DNA of 64,000 nucleotides, from positions 105,030,001 through 105,094,000 of the forward strand of contig NC_086107.1 of NCBI RefSeq assembly GCF_963921235.1, in the 5' to 3' direction. Positions 37,721 to 50,930 of the stretch are shown here, one piece after another (the stretch's first letter is position 1; each line of letters opens with the position of its first letter). The DNA comes from Mobula hypostoma (Eukaryota). The notes under the pieces were generated by a model. It did no database searches and was not told the DNA's origin. It saw only the letters and a program-made list of their open reading frames with translations. Made by a program: the position numbers and the translations under genes.

Positions 37721-38514
37721 TGTTCACAGATAATTTTAAAATGAATGAATGAATTATTAAATCCCTTAGTATGCTTTTCCAGTCTCTAGCTCTTCGGGCC
37801 AGAGTGCATTGAGCTCCAAGGTTTTTACAGCACTTGAACTGGTTAATTGTTGCTTAACGAGAGTCGTTAGTCATTTAGAGTTTCTTGTGTTTTTCTCGAG
37901 CGACTCGTTCTTTGTAATGCGGTCTCTTGGTGCTTTTCATTTAAACTGCTGGGTTTATTTGGCTTGGGGATTCCGTGTTACTTGTGTTATGTAAGCAGAC
38001 GCCCAATTAGTGCTAATCGCAGGGTCCTAGTTTTGAGAATGTTGCTTCTCACGGTGTTGCTTGGCCGAGCCATCGAGGTTCTGTTGGAATTATTATTGAA
38101 TAAAATCTGGTTGCCCTCTCTACATCAGAATCTGTCGTTTGTTCACACTTGGGTTCTGATACTGCCAGAGCACATCGTGATACACATGGCAACTAAGCAC
38201 AAATTGTTCAAAGACATTGCAATGCTTGTTCATGGGAACATCTTTAATTTTAATTAGAGGGTTGGCTGGTGCTATGTGAACAAGCCCCAATACTAGACAC
38301 TTGCCAGTAGCCTCTCCAATACAACTGCTTCTTCGGCCTAATAGGACCAAGAAATTGTCATTACTCAACTGTCATGTTATAGACACCATTAAAATTAAAT
38401 TATGTTAATTTATATCTGTGAAAACTTAAGACAAGTACAGTATACTCAGTTATCATTGCCTATTATAGAGCCATAGAAAAGTACAGCACAGAAACAGGCC
38501 CTTTGGCCCATCTA

Positions 38515-40632
38515 AGGGGAGTAAGGGGTGACCGTAGATGACAAGGGAAGTCAAGAACAGTATAAAAATAAAAGAGAGGAAGTATAACATAGCAACGATG
38601 AGCAGGAAGCCAGAGGATTGGGAGACTTTTAAGGAGCAACAGAAGATAACTAAAAAGACAATACGGGGGGAAAAGATGAGGTACAAAGGTAAGCTAGCCA
38701 AGAATATAAAGGAGGACAGTGAAAGCTTCTTTAGGCATGTGAAAAGGAAAAAATTAGTTAAGACCACAGTAGGGCCCTTAAAGACAGAAACGGTTGAAAT
38801 TATTATGGGGAACAAGGAAATGGCAGACGAGCTGAACAGGTACTTTGGAATTGTCTTCACTAGGGAAGACACAAACAATCTCCTAGATGTAATAGTGTCC
38901 AGAGGACCTAGGGTAACGGAGGAACTGAAGGAAATTCGCATTAGGCAGAAAATGGTGTTGGGTAAACTGATGCGACTGAAGGCTGATAAGTCCTCAGGAC
39001 CTGATGGTCTGCATCCCAGGGTACTTAAGGAGGTGGCTCTAGAAATCGTGGACGCATTGGTAATCATTTTCCAATGTTCTATAGATTCAGGATCAGTTCC
39101 TGCGGATTGGAGGGTAGCTAATGTTATCCCACTTTTTAAGAAAGGAGGGAGAGAGAAAACAGGCAATTATAGACCAGTTAGTCTGACATCAGTGGTGGGG
39201 AAGTTGCTGGAGTCAATTATAAAAGATGTAATAGCGGCATATTTGGATAGCAGTAGCAGGATAGGTCCGAGTCAGCATGGATTTACAAAGGGGAAATCAT
39301 GCTTGACTAATCTTCTGGAATTTTTTGAGGATGTAACTATGAAAATGGACATGGGAAAGCCAGTGGATGTAGTGTACCTGGACTTTCAGAAAGCCTTTGA
39401 TAAGGTCCCACGTAGGAGGTTAGTGGGCAAAATGGCACATGGTATTGGGGATGAGGTACTGACATGGATAGAAAATTGGTTGGCAGACAGGAAACAAAGA
39501 GTAGGGATTAACGGGACCTTTTCAGAATGTCAGGCAGTGACCAGTGGGGTGCCACAAGGCTCGGTGCTGGGATCGCAGCTATTTACAATATACATTAATG
39601 ATTTAGATGAAGGGATTAAAAATAACATTAGCAAATTTGCAGATGACACAAAGCTGGGTGGCAGTGTGAAATGTGAGGAGGATGTTATGAGAATGCAGGG
39701 TGACTTGGGACAGGTGGGGTGAGCGGGCAGATGCATGGCAGATACAGTTTAATGTGGATAAATGTGAGGTTATCCACTTTGGTGGCAAGAACGGGAAAGC
39801 AGATTACTATCTGAATGGTGTCAAGTTAGGAAAAGGGGAAGTACAATGAGATCTGGGTGTCCTTGTTCATCAGTCACTGAAAGTAAGCATGCAGGTACAG
39901 CCGGCAGTGAAGAAAGCTAATGGCATGTTGGCCTTCATAATAAGGGGAGTTGAGTATAGGAGCAAAGAGGTCCTTCTGCAGTTGTACAAGGCTCTGGTGA
40001 GACCCCACCTGGAGTATTGTGTGCAGTTTTGGTCTCCAAATTTGAGGAAGGACATTCTTGCTATGGACGGAGTACAGCGCAGGTTCACTGGTTTAATTCC
40101 AGGGATGGCGAGAATGTCATATGTTGAAAGATTGGAGCGATTGGGCTTGTATACACTGGAATTTAGAAGGATGAGAGGGGATCTGATTGAAACATATAAG
40201 ATTATTAAGGGATTGGACACACTAGAGGCAGGAAACATGTTCCGGATGTTGGGTGGGGGGGGGGGGTCCAGAACTAGAGGCCACAGTTTAAGAATAAGGG
40301 GTAGACCATTTAGAATGGAGTTGAGGAAAAACTTTTTCACACAGAGGGTTGTGGATCTGTGGAATGCTTTGCCTCAGAAGGCAGTGGAGGCCAATTCTCT
40401 GGATTCTTTCAAGAAAGAGTTAGATAGAGCTCTTAAAGAAAACCAATTTCCCCCGGGATCAATAAAGTATGACTATGACTATGACTAAAGATAGCGGAGT
40501 GAAGGGATATGGGAAGAAGGCAGGAACAGGGTACTGATTGTGGATGATCAGCCATGATCACAGTGAATGGCAGGGCTGGCTCAATGGGCCGAATGGCCTG
40601 TTCCTGCATCTATTGTCTATTGTCTATTATCT
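38515..40632 (+). mobile_element. CR1 LINE 3' part (RT)
   Basis: 394-aa and 199-aa ORF pieces with RT motifs; ctattgt tail. Confidence 0.94.
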
Positions 40633-43600
40633 ACTACATGCAAACCTTCTAAGCTGCCAACTCCCATCAACCTGCACTGGGGCCATAGCTCCCCATACCC
40701 GTACCATCTATGTACCTATCCAAACTTCTCTTAAATGTTGAAATCGAGCTTGCATGCACCACTGGTGCTGGTAGATTGTTGCACACTCTCACGACCCTAT
40801 AAGTAAAGAAGTTTCCCCTCATGTTCCCCTTAAATGTTTCGCCTTTCACTCTTACTCTTGGTGTGTGCGTGTGTGTGTGTGTGAGAGAGATTTTCTTTGG
40901 GGTTTTTCTTCTGTTTTCCAGATGTCTGTGAAGAGTAAGAATTTCAGGTTGTATACATTCCCTGGTACTAAATGGATCCATTGAACTATTGAACATCGCT
41001 GGGACATTCTCTATTGACTGGAATCTCAATTGGGCTATTGTGTACAGGAGCAGTTTAGGGGTTGGGTGTCTGAGTGACGCTCCTTCTGACCGAAAGTGTT
41101 TTTAGTGTCAACGTGGAGAACACTCTCCATCTGCCTGGATAAGTGCAGCTCCAAAAATACACGAGAAGTGCTACATCATCCAAAGTAATCCATTTGATAG
41201 GTACCCCGTGCGTCACCTGAAACATTCACTCGCTCCAACAACAGGTTACAAATTACACTGTGGTTGACTGCCTGAGCTACTCGGACGACATTTCCTAAAT
41301 CTACGACGCCTAGCACCAAGAAAAGCAAAGGCGGCGGGTGCGTGGAGCCACCATGTCACCACCAGTTTCAGGTTCCGTTCCAAGCTGCGCGCCATCCTTC
41401 TTTAGAATATGTTACCGGTTCATTTTTGTCGCTGGGTTTAAATCCTCAAACTAATTCCCCAACTGAAGTGGGGGCATTTTCTCAAGTAGCCCTGCACATT
41501 AATATTGCAATACTCACAATGAGCTAGAGGAGCCCAGCAGGTCCGGATCCATCTTGTAAAGCTAGTCAGCTCCATCATGGGCACTGCACTACCCTCTGTA
41601 GTACCCGAGACGTCTTCAAAGAGCGGTGCCCGAGAGAGGTGGCATCCATCATTAAGGACCCCCACCACCCAGGACATGCCCTCTTTTCATTGTTACCATT
41701 GGGAGGGAGGTACAGAAGCCTGAAGGCATACGCTCAGCGATTCAGGAACAGCTCCTTTCCCCCGCCATCTGATTCACTACCTCACTACTTTTTATTTCCG
41801 TTGTATTTTGGACTACTTATTTTAACTTAATTATTTAATAGACATATACATATATACATACGTACTGTAATTCAGTTTTTTTTCCTCTATATTTATTTAT
41901 CATGTATTTCAATGTATTGCTGTCATAAAGTTAACAAATTTTGTGACATATGCTGGTGATATTAAACCCACGTCTGATTTATGGATGGGAATAGACAGTC
42001 GATGGTTAGGTCCAAGACCCTTCGTCCGAACTCATGAACCGTCTCGGCCCGAAATGTCGACTGTTTCTTTCCATCCATAGATGCTGCCTGACCCGCTGAG
42101 CTCCTCCAGCACATTGTGTGTATTGCTCTAGATTTCTGGTATCTGCAGCACCTCTTGTGTCTTTTATATATATTATTTGATTAAGCATTCTTGTTTGTTT
42201 AAATAATTAATTATGGTCTTATGTAAAAATGTGAATTCCATATGTCATCATGATACTACATGATACGTGCTCGCCTCGCTAAAAGTAAGCACCAAGTTAG
42301 ACCTCCACTCCCGGACTCGCGTGTCTTCCTTTGAATTAGTTTAACATTCTGAAGTTACAAAGCATAACATGCATGTCTGCACATGGATGTGGCTGTGGTG
42401 TTAAAATTTGTGTGCAAGTAAGGCATGAGCAGGCATCTGCATGCAGATGTCCATGTATATGTGTCTTGTGACAGTACAACAGAATCTGGTTTCCTATTGC
42501 CTCAGGGCTCCTTGCTAGGTTTGCAATCGGTGGTGTGCAATGGCCAGCTCACACTTAAGTGATCATTAAATGTATTAGACATTTGCTAGCTTTTGCTTAC
42601 AATACTATAACTGTCCATTTTGGGGGCATGTTGCTCCTGATCACCTTTGTTTAACCTGATATCTGTGTAAGCAAGTAGCCAGTTGATTTTGACCATTTTG
42701 ATTTTCCTTAAGGGAGAATCTTGCCTGATGAATCTGTTGGAATTCTTTGAGAAAATAATAGGTAGGATAGACAAAGGAGAATCAAGTCAAGTCAAGTCAC
42801 TTTTTATTGTCACTTCGACCATAACTGCTGGTACAGTACACAGTAAAAACGAGACAATGTTTTCCAGGACCATGGTGCTACATGAACAATACAAAAACTA
42901 CACTGAACTACGTAAAACAACACAAAACTACACTAGACTACAGACCTACCCAGGACTGCATAAAGTCGACAAAACAGTGCAGGCATTACAATAAATAATA
43001 AACAAGACAATAGGCACAGTAGAGGGCAGTAGGTTGGTGTCAGTCCAGGCTCTGGGTATTGAGGAGTCTGATGGCTTGGGGGATGAAACTGTTACATAGT
43101 CTGGTCGTGAGAGCCCGAATGCTTCGGTGCCTTTTGCCAGATGGCAGGAGGGAGAAGAGTTTGTATGAGGGGTGTGTGGGGTCCTTCATAATGCTGTTTG
43201 CTTTACAGATGCAGCGTGTGGTGTAAATGTCTGTAATGGCAGGAAGAGAGACCCCGATGATCTTCTCAGCTGACCTCACTATCCGCTGCAGGGTCTTGGG
43301 ATCCGAGATGGTGCAATTTCTGAACCAGGCAGTGATGCAGCTGCTCAGGATGCTCTCAATACAACCTCTGTAGAATGTGGTGAGGAGGGGGGGTGGGAGA
43401 TGGATTTTTCTCAGCCTTCGCAGGAAGTAGAGACACTGCTGGGCTTTCTTTGCTATGGAGCTGGTGTTGAGGGACCGATGAGATTCTCCGTCAGGTGAAC
43501 ACCAAGAAATTTGGTGCTCTTAACAATCTCTACGGAGGAGTCGTCAGTGATTTTTTTTGTGTGACTATTTTTTTTTGCTCACTGTTTTGAATGTGCTGTG

Positions 43601-44265
43601 TATGTTTCGCGCCTTGGCCACAGAGGAACATTGTTTTATTTGGCTGCACAGTATTGATGCGTGGTTGAAAGATAATTAAACTTGAATTTGATTGAATTTG
43701 TTTACTGGGATTTTCAGAAGCTTTGACAAGGTGTCACACATGAGTCTGTCAAGCAAGATAAGAGCCCGTGGTATTGCAGGAAAATACAAGCATGGATAGA
43801 AGATTGGCTGACTGGTGGGAGGTAAAGTGTGGGAATAAAAGGGGCCATGTCTGGCTGGCTGCCAGTAACTAGCGGTGTTCCACAGGGTTCGGTTTTGGGA
43901 CTGCATCTTATTACGTTATATATCAAAGATTTGGACGACGGAATTGGTGGCTTTGTAGCCAAGACTGCAAATGATATGAAGATTGGTGGTTGGGAAGGTA
44001 GTATTGAGGAAGCAGGGAGTTTGCGGAAAAACTTAGGCAGGTTAGGTCATTGCTTACAGCTCAACATTCAGTATGATCATCTCCTCAAAACTAATCAATA
44101 AGCATTACCTTGACATTCCTACCTCCTTATGCAACTGAATCCTCGAATTCCTCACTTGCAGACCCCGGTCAGTTCAAACTGACACCAACATCTCCTCCAT
44201 GGTCTCCATCAGCACAGGTGCACCACAAGGCTGTGTGCTTAGCCCCCTGCTCTACTTGCTTTATA

Positions 44266-44905
44266 GAAACATAGAAAACCTACAGCACAATACAGGCCTT
44301 TCAGCCTACAAGGCTGTGCCGAGCATGTCCCTACCTTAGAACTATCTAGGCTTTACCCCTAGCCCTCTATTTTTCTAAGCTCCATGTAGCCATCCAGGAG
44401 TCTCTTAAAAGACCCTGTCGTTTCTGCCTTCACCGCCGCTGCCGGCAGCCCATTCCACACACTCACCACTCTTTGCGTAAAACACTTACCCCTGACATCT
44501 CCTCTGTACCTGCTTCCAAGCACCTTAAAACTATACCCTCTTGTGCTAGCCAGTTCAGCCCTGAGGAAAAGCCTCTGACTATCCACACGATCAATGCCTC
44601 TCATTATCTTGTACACCTCTGTCAAGTCACCTCTCATCCTCCGTCACTCCAAGGAGAAAAGGCTGAGTTCACCCAACCTATTCTCATAAGGCATGCTCCC
44701 CAGTCCAGGCAACATCCTTGTAAATCTCCTCTGCAACCTTTCTATGGTTTCCACGTCCTTCCTATAATGGGGCGGCCAGAATTGAGCACAGTACTTCGAG
44801 TGGGGTCTGACCAGGGTCCTATATAGCTGCAACACTACCTCTTGGCTCTTAAACTCAGTTCCACGATTGATGAAGGCCAATGCACTGTATGCCTTCTTAA
44901 CCACA
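44266..44905 (-). mobile_element. CR1 3' fragment nested in a + strand Rex1-like LINE (~44160-45640)
   Basis: Host frame TGAPQGCVLSPLLYLLY stops at ~44265 and resumes TYDC at ~44908. Confidence 0.85.
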
Positions 44906-45689
44906 CACTTATGACTGTGAGGCTAGGTACAGTTCCAATGCAATATTTAAGTTTGCCAACAGCGCCTCCGTCGTTGGCCAAATTCAAAGGTGGTGACAAA
45001 TCAGCATATAGGAGGGAGACTGAAAACCCGCTGAGTGGCGCCACAATAACAACCTCTCACTCACTGTCAGAAAGACCAAAGAGGTGATTATTGACTTCAG
45101 GAGGAGGAAATCGGAGGTCCATGAGCCAGTCCTCATCAGGAGGTCAGAGGCGGAGAGGGTCAGAAACTTTAAATTATTTTGCGTTATCACCCTAGTGGAT
45201 CTGTCCTGGGTTCAGGACGTAGGTGCCATTGTGAAGAAGGCACAGCAGCACCTCTACTTTTTTAGAAGTTTACGAAGATTTAGCATGTCATCTAAAACTT
45301 TGACAGACTTCTGTAGACATGTGGTGGAGAGTATATTGACTGTTTGCATCACGGCCTGGTATGGAAACAGCAATGCCCTTGAATAGAAAAGCCCACAAAA
45401 TGCAGTGCATATGACCCAGTCCATCGCGGGTAAAGCTCTCCCACCACTGAGCACATCTACACAGGAAAGCAGCATCCATCATCGAGGACCCACACCATCC
45501 AAGTCGCACTCTCTTCTCACTGCTGCCTGAAGAAGGTATAGGGACACCAGGACCTGCACCACCAGGTTCTGGAACAGTTATTACCCCTCAGTCATCGGGC
45601 TCCTGAACCAGAGGGGACAACTTCACTCATCATCACTTGCCCCATCAGGTAGTTTCCTTTTTCAGAGCCATCTGTGTCCAGCACCAAGC

Positions 45690-46823
45690 ATTAAACCTGT
45701 TCATCGTTCTCAGTACAAAGCTCTTGAAATAGTTGAGGATTGAGAGGATGGAACTTGGATCTTATTTAGTGCTGAGATAACTTAATGCAGCTAATCATTT
45801 AGGTTTTTTTGCGACACAACACTGAATGGTAGATATGTTAGGTACAGCTTTTTTCAAGAAGGTATAACCCCGCGTTGGCTTCCTGTCATTGATGTTTCCC
45901 ATCTGTTGTACTATCAAGAATGTTGGTGAGTGCAATGTCCTTCTCTTTGAAAAATGGCTCAACAAACCAAAATATTGACTCACCCTTTTGTATCTGTTTC
46001 TAGTGCCCTTGCAACTAATAACTTTTGAACCATACTTTCACCTTTTATGAAGGAAATATAACCAAGAAGCAAAGATTTGTTGTCTGGTAAAGTTGATTCA
46101 TCCAACTGCAGATCGAATTTTGTATTCCCACAACAGACACATTACTGTTGGTTGTTTAGTGCTGGCATAAATCCATTTTTCATATACCCACACTATACTG
46201 TCGACACTTCTTTTTCATCTCTGCTTCTGCCATTTTCATTATGGATTAATGGCCATCGTCAATTGCTAAAAGTCCAACCTCAAGGACTGCGATCAATAAA
46301 GGGGAAAGTTATGGCTTAAGCAAAACCTGACTCTGCCTGAAGGTATATAACGTGGGGCAGCAATATCTCGGTTGGACCTTGGGATAGAGAAATGATGTCA
46401 AGACCATTCAAAAGGGCAGGTACTGAACTTTACCCCATTGAATGACATATCCTAATACACAGGAATTGCATCACTGAGTGATTAGAGTAGGGGGATTGTA
46501 CAAACTAACTCTGTACTACTGTGGTGAAAAGCAATAATGAAAAGGTTGGGGCTGGAAATAACCCGATGTCTTCAGTCCAGATATGGCAAATACTGAAGCG
46601 TCATATTGCTTTTCAATATCTATAATATGCTTTGAGTAAAGTCTAAGGGAATGGTGGGTTAACAGGAGATGAGATGATCATTGTAATCAATTATGAGGCA
46701 TTGAGGATCAAATGCTTATAAGTAATTAATTTCTGTAATCCCTCAGTTGCCCCCCTTTATCTTTATCCTTGGAACTGTCTACTGCCTACTGGAGGTTGAC
46801 ATCGTCTACTTTGGGAACCACTG
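45690..46823 (-). mobile_element. Decayed, internally deleted hAT (Buster/Charlie, ZBED5/ZBED8-like) transposon
   Basis: Minus strand MAEAEMKKKCRQYSV...LQLDESTLPDNKSLLLGY...LETDTKG...FLKKAVPNI with stops and frameshifts; 5' TIR CAGTGGTTCCCAA at 46811-46823. Confidence 0.85.
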
Positions 46824-49269
46824 ATTCCGAGCCTTTGCCAGCCTCAGATCTATGGATAGAACACCTCAGAAAACTAGGCCAATTATGCAGCTGAGAGGTT
46901 TTGGACTGAAGCCTATTTGGAAATAGATCCAGGTTTGTGGCTGGGTTCAGGGTGACAGAGTGCAGTGGGGAACAGGGCCAGATGTGTGTCTGAAAGCCAA
47001 GGACTGGAGTGTGCCTGAGATTTGAGAAATGGTGACCAAAGCATGGTCAGGAAATTGGGTAGGTGCGCTCAGAGAGACTGAAGGGAGCCGGTCTGTAAGA
47101 GGAGGTCACAGAGCTGAAGGGACTAGCAAAATGTTAGTGAACCAGTTCTGAGACGGGCTATCTGAGGTGTGTCAAGGGCAGGATGAAGAGGTGGACTGGA
47201 TGTGAGGGAGACACCTTTGCCCAAGACAACTTGTACGTGGATGTAAATAGAGATGGTTCAAGTGCACACTGACAGTAATGCACCACTTCAGGGAGCCACA
47301 TGAGCGGCAACAGTCCTATTGGTTTTAAGGAACGTAATAAAAAACTTCTTCATGCGTTGACCATGAATCTAAGAATGAAAAGGTATTGTGCAGTTTATTC
47401 CTGTAAATGTTTTCTATTATGAATCTGAGGCCCACTGTTGGTCAGGTTTGACCATGGATGTCGTGTTCCAGCTGTCCATGCGACTCTCGAGCCAGGGCAG
47501 TACGATATGAAGAGTAAGCTGTTGCCCACGCGGCAGGCCAATGAATCTAAAGCAATGGCAGAGTCCAACACAGTCTGGCACCAGCAGCATCGCCCGAATT
47601 GCCAGCCAGCGTTGAATTCAATGTGGGATTACCTTAGGGACACCAGCTCTAGATTTTTTCCCCTCAGGGTTTACTCCTGAAATCTTCTGCATGAGTGAGA
47701 TAGCTGCGAGGCAGTGGAGGTTTGAGATCAGAGTTTTCCTTCTCCTAGATGAGTTGACAAGCCCCATCTACCCAAAGCAACTGGTGTTGAGGCGCCAGTA
47801 ACCCATCTTTGCCCCTTCTCCTGTCAGTAGAAAGGGTTCGGCCAGGCTTAGTAGCGAAGCCACACACGAAGGCCAGGAGCTGGACTTGGTTGTCAGAGGC
47901 TATTGGAGACGCACGCCATTGGGAGCCTATCCCCACTACCTCCCCCGGCTATGACAACATTGAGGAACCTAAATATTACGAATAAAATTTATTTTTATAT
48001 AAAAATATGTATATTGATTGACACCATGTGCACTAATGTGCTATCAAATCTATCTGTTGCATACTTTCTATCTCAATATGTATTTTATTCAAAGTTTATT
48101 TGTACAGAACACAGAAGATGGAAGTTAACACTTTCACCCAAAACTATGTTATTCCCATTCCTTAATGTTAGCATGGCACCATTTACATGAAATGCATGAG
48201 CAAACAGTTGATTGGGTTTTAGCATATTACAAGTGCTTCATGTGTAAAGGTGGGAGAGCCCTAAACTGCAAAACTTCCCACAAAACCCTTACAGTTGCTG
48301 CATCCAGCCTCAGAATACAGTCCTGCACCCTAGAGCAGACCAGTTTGTAGCACTTGGTTGTGGATAACACCTTGTTCTGGAAAAAAAAATGTTGGCAAAT
48401 CCCAGCAATATTTTTATGTTATCACATATGACCTTGAGATCAATTTTCTTGCAGGCATTCAGAGAAAAAAGCAATAGAATTTATGAAAAAACCATAGATA
48501 AAAGAATGACAAACAACCAATCTGCAAAAGAAGACAAACAGTGGAAATAAAAAAAATATTGAAAACAGGAGCTGTAAAGTGTCTTTGAAAGTAGGTCATA
48601 GAATCAGTTCAGAGTAGTGGTGAATAAATTTATCCACTCTGGTTCAGGACCCTGATTATTGTAGGATAATAACTGTTCCTAAACCTGATGACGTAGGACC
48701 TGAGACTTTTGTACCCCCTGCTCGATGGTAATAGTGAGTAGAGGGCATGACCTTGGATGTTGGGACTTTGATAATGGATGCTTGTTTTTCCTTGTGGTAG
48801 TGTTTCATATAAATGTTTTCAATGGCAGCATGGATAGAAAGAAAACTTAGCATTTCTGCTCAAATGCCCTTCAATAGTGTTAGAGACATTAGGACTTGCT
48901 CTGGAAGACCTGAACTTCGGGCAGATTAGAGGGGGCTTTGAGACATTGGTCGGCTGGCAACAATTCATACTTATTTCACTGTGTGTTTGTCCTTGAGAGC
49001 AGTCGATTGTGTAGTTGATCTGGATGAATAGCCCTGCATTTCCTGCTGTTAAAGGCACAAGATGTGAAAGTTTCACTTGACCACCGCCGCAGTGAGGGCT
49101 GTTGTCCACACACCTTGCGGGAATGATCAGACGGACACCGGCCAAGCAAGTTCATGGTGCTTGCTCTTAAGTTCTTTACAGTCGTCTTGGGAAACAATTT
49201 AACAGGAGCCATCACTGCTAATCTCCTTTTCCCCCAGGGCTGCAGCATACTCTCACCTTGAAACTTTCA

Positions 49270-49600
49270 GGGACCACCGCGCGTCAGAAATGAAGCTCAT
49301 TCGGAAGCGGAAATAGCGGCGAGTCGGGTGAAAGGTCGTTGCTAGGATGAAGATGGCGGACAGGCGCTGCGCCTGAATTTGCGGGACGTTCTTGAGTCGC
49401 GTTCATTTTTATTTCGGCGGCGGAGGAGGGGGAGAAGAGCGTCGCAGAGATGGGTCGGAGGTCGACCAGTTCCACCAAGAGTGGGAAGTTCATGAACCCC
49501 ACCGACCAGGCCCGTAAGTTCGGGAAGAGGGACGGGAGAACCGAGGCTATGGCTGGGGTTCGGGGTTGGGGCCTGGGCTGGCGTATCGCGGATAAAATAT
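49270..49600. promoter_or_regulatory. CpG-island promoter of WBP11
   Basis: Local CpG enrichment; tandem ETS/GABP site CGGAAGCGGAAA 49302-49313; YY1 motif AAGATGGCGG 49350-49359. Confidence 0.8.
49450..49513 (+). CDS. WBP11: WW domain-binding protein 11, coding exon 1
   Basis: MGRRSTSSTKSGKFMNPTDQA(R), the conserved WBP11 N-terminus; donor C|GTAAGT. Confidence 0.97.
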
Positions 49601-49989
49601 CGATGTTCTAAACTCACCTGCAATTAAACCAGTTTTCATTCTATACAGAAGATCTCCAGCATTAAACTGGAACAATATATATTGCACCCAGCCTCTCTAA
49701 TTTTGCTGATCCGTTGTCCAGTGGGGAGCCTACTACTCGTAGGTTCACGCAGAGACTTGAACACATTATCCAGGCTGAGACTTGTTATTGATGAAAGGGG
49801 AGCGCCTGGCTCTAATAGGGATTGCGCCGAGGAGGTGCTGCGTCGTTGTAGGTATTGGCTGTTTGGATAGGACTTTGAATGCAAAGCATCTTCCCAATTT
49901 TCCATAAGTTCAACAATATTCTGCTATCAGATGCAAATTTCTTTGCCATTTCAACATTTTGAGGGGATTGTTCCCTTTGCAACCCCTTT

Positions 49990-50930
49990 AAGGCTAAGCA
50001 CTGCTCCAATGCTGTATTTTAAGTTTGCTGATGACCCCTCTGTCGTTGTCTGAACCAAAGCTGGTGACCAATCAGCATATAGGAGAGAGTTTGAAAATCT
50101 GGCTGAGTGGTGCCACAACAACAACCTCCCACTCAATGTTAGCAGGAGCAAGGTGTTGATTATTGACTACAGGAGGAGGAAACTGGAGCTCCATAAGCCA
50201 GTCCTCATCGGGGATTCAGGGGTAGAGAGCATCAGCAACTTTTAAATTCCTCAGCATTATCATTTCAGATGATCTGTCCTGGGCCCACCATGTAAGAGCC
50301 GTAACAAAGAAAGCACAGCAGTGCCTCTACTTTCTTAGAAATTTGTGAAGGTTTTGCATGTCATCGAAAACTTTGACAAACTTCTATAAATGTACAGTGG
50401 AGAGTATACTGATGGTTTGGATTACGGCCTGATATGGAAACACCAATGTCCCTGTATGGAAAAGCCGACATAAAGTAGTGGATCCAGCCTAGTCCATCAC
50501 GGGTAAAGCCTCCCCATCACTGAGCATATCCATGAAGAGTGGTGACACGGGAAGGCAGCATGCATCATCAAATGCTGCACTATCCAGGCCATGCTCTCTT
50601 CTTGCTGCTGCCGTCAAGAGGGAGATACAGGAGCCACAGGTCCCACACCACCAGGTTCAGGAACAGTTATCCTCAACCTCAACCATCAGGTCCTTGAACC
50701 AGAGGGGATAATTTCACACAACGTCACTCACCCCAACACTGGACTTCCCATAACATATGGACTCATTTTCATAGGCTCTTCATCTCACGTTCTTGATATC
50801 TATTGTTCGTTTATTATTTTTTTCCATTGGTATAGCTTGTTGTCTTTTGCTCATTGGTCATTTGGCTATCTTGTGTGAGGTTTTTCATTGATTCTGTGGT
50901 GTTTTTTGGTATTTACTGTGAAGGCCTGAG
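49990..50930 (+). mobile_element. Decayed Rex1-like LINE in WBP11 intron 1 (similar relics 17085-17380, 35850-36380, 41540-41980, 62480-62930)
   Basis: KFADD...AYRREFENLAEWCHNNNL.LNVS..K; same family as 44908-45640. Confidence 0.85.

Noticed and set aside
37780..38185. LTR-like segment with AATAAA (38099-38104) downstream of the receptor stop
   Set aside because: No TSD or second copy found; the AATAAA may simply be the receptor's poly(A) signal.
45977..45985. Minus-strand GG|GTGAGTC donor as an exon of a divergent gene
   Set aside because: Lies inside the decayed hAT transposase sequence.
48819..49248. Minus-strand ORFs next to the WBP11 promoter as a C12orf60-like gene
   Set aside because: Short, overlapping in different frames, no recognisable protein features, and downstream of a likely splice donor.
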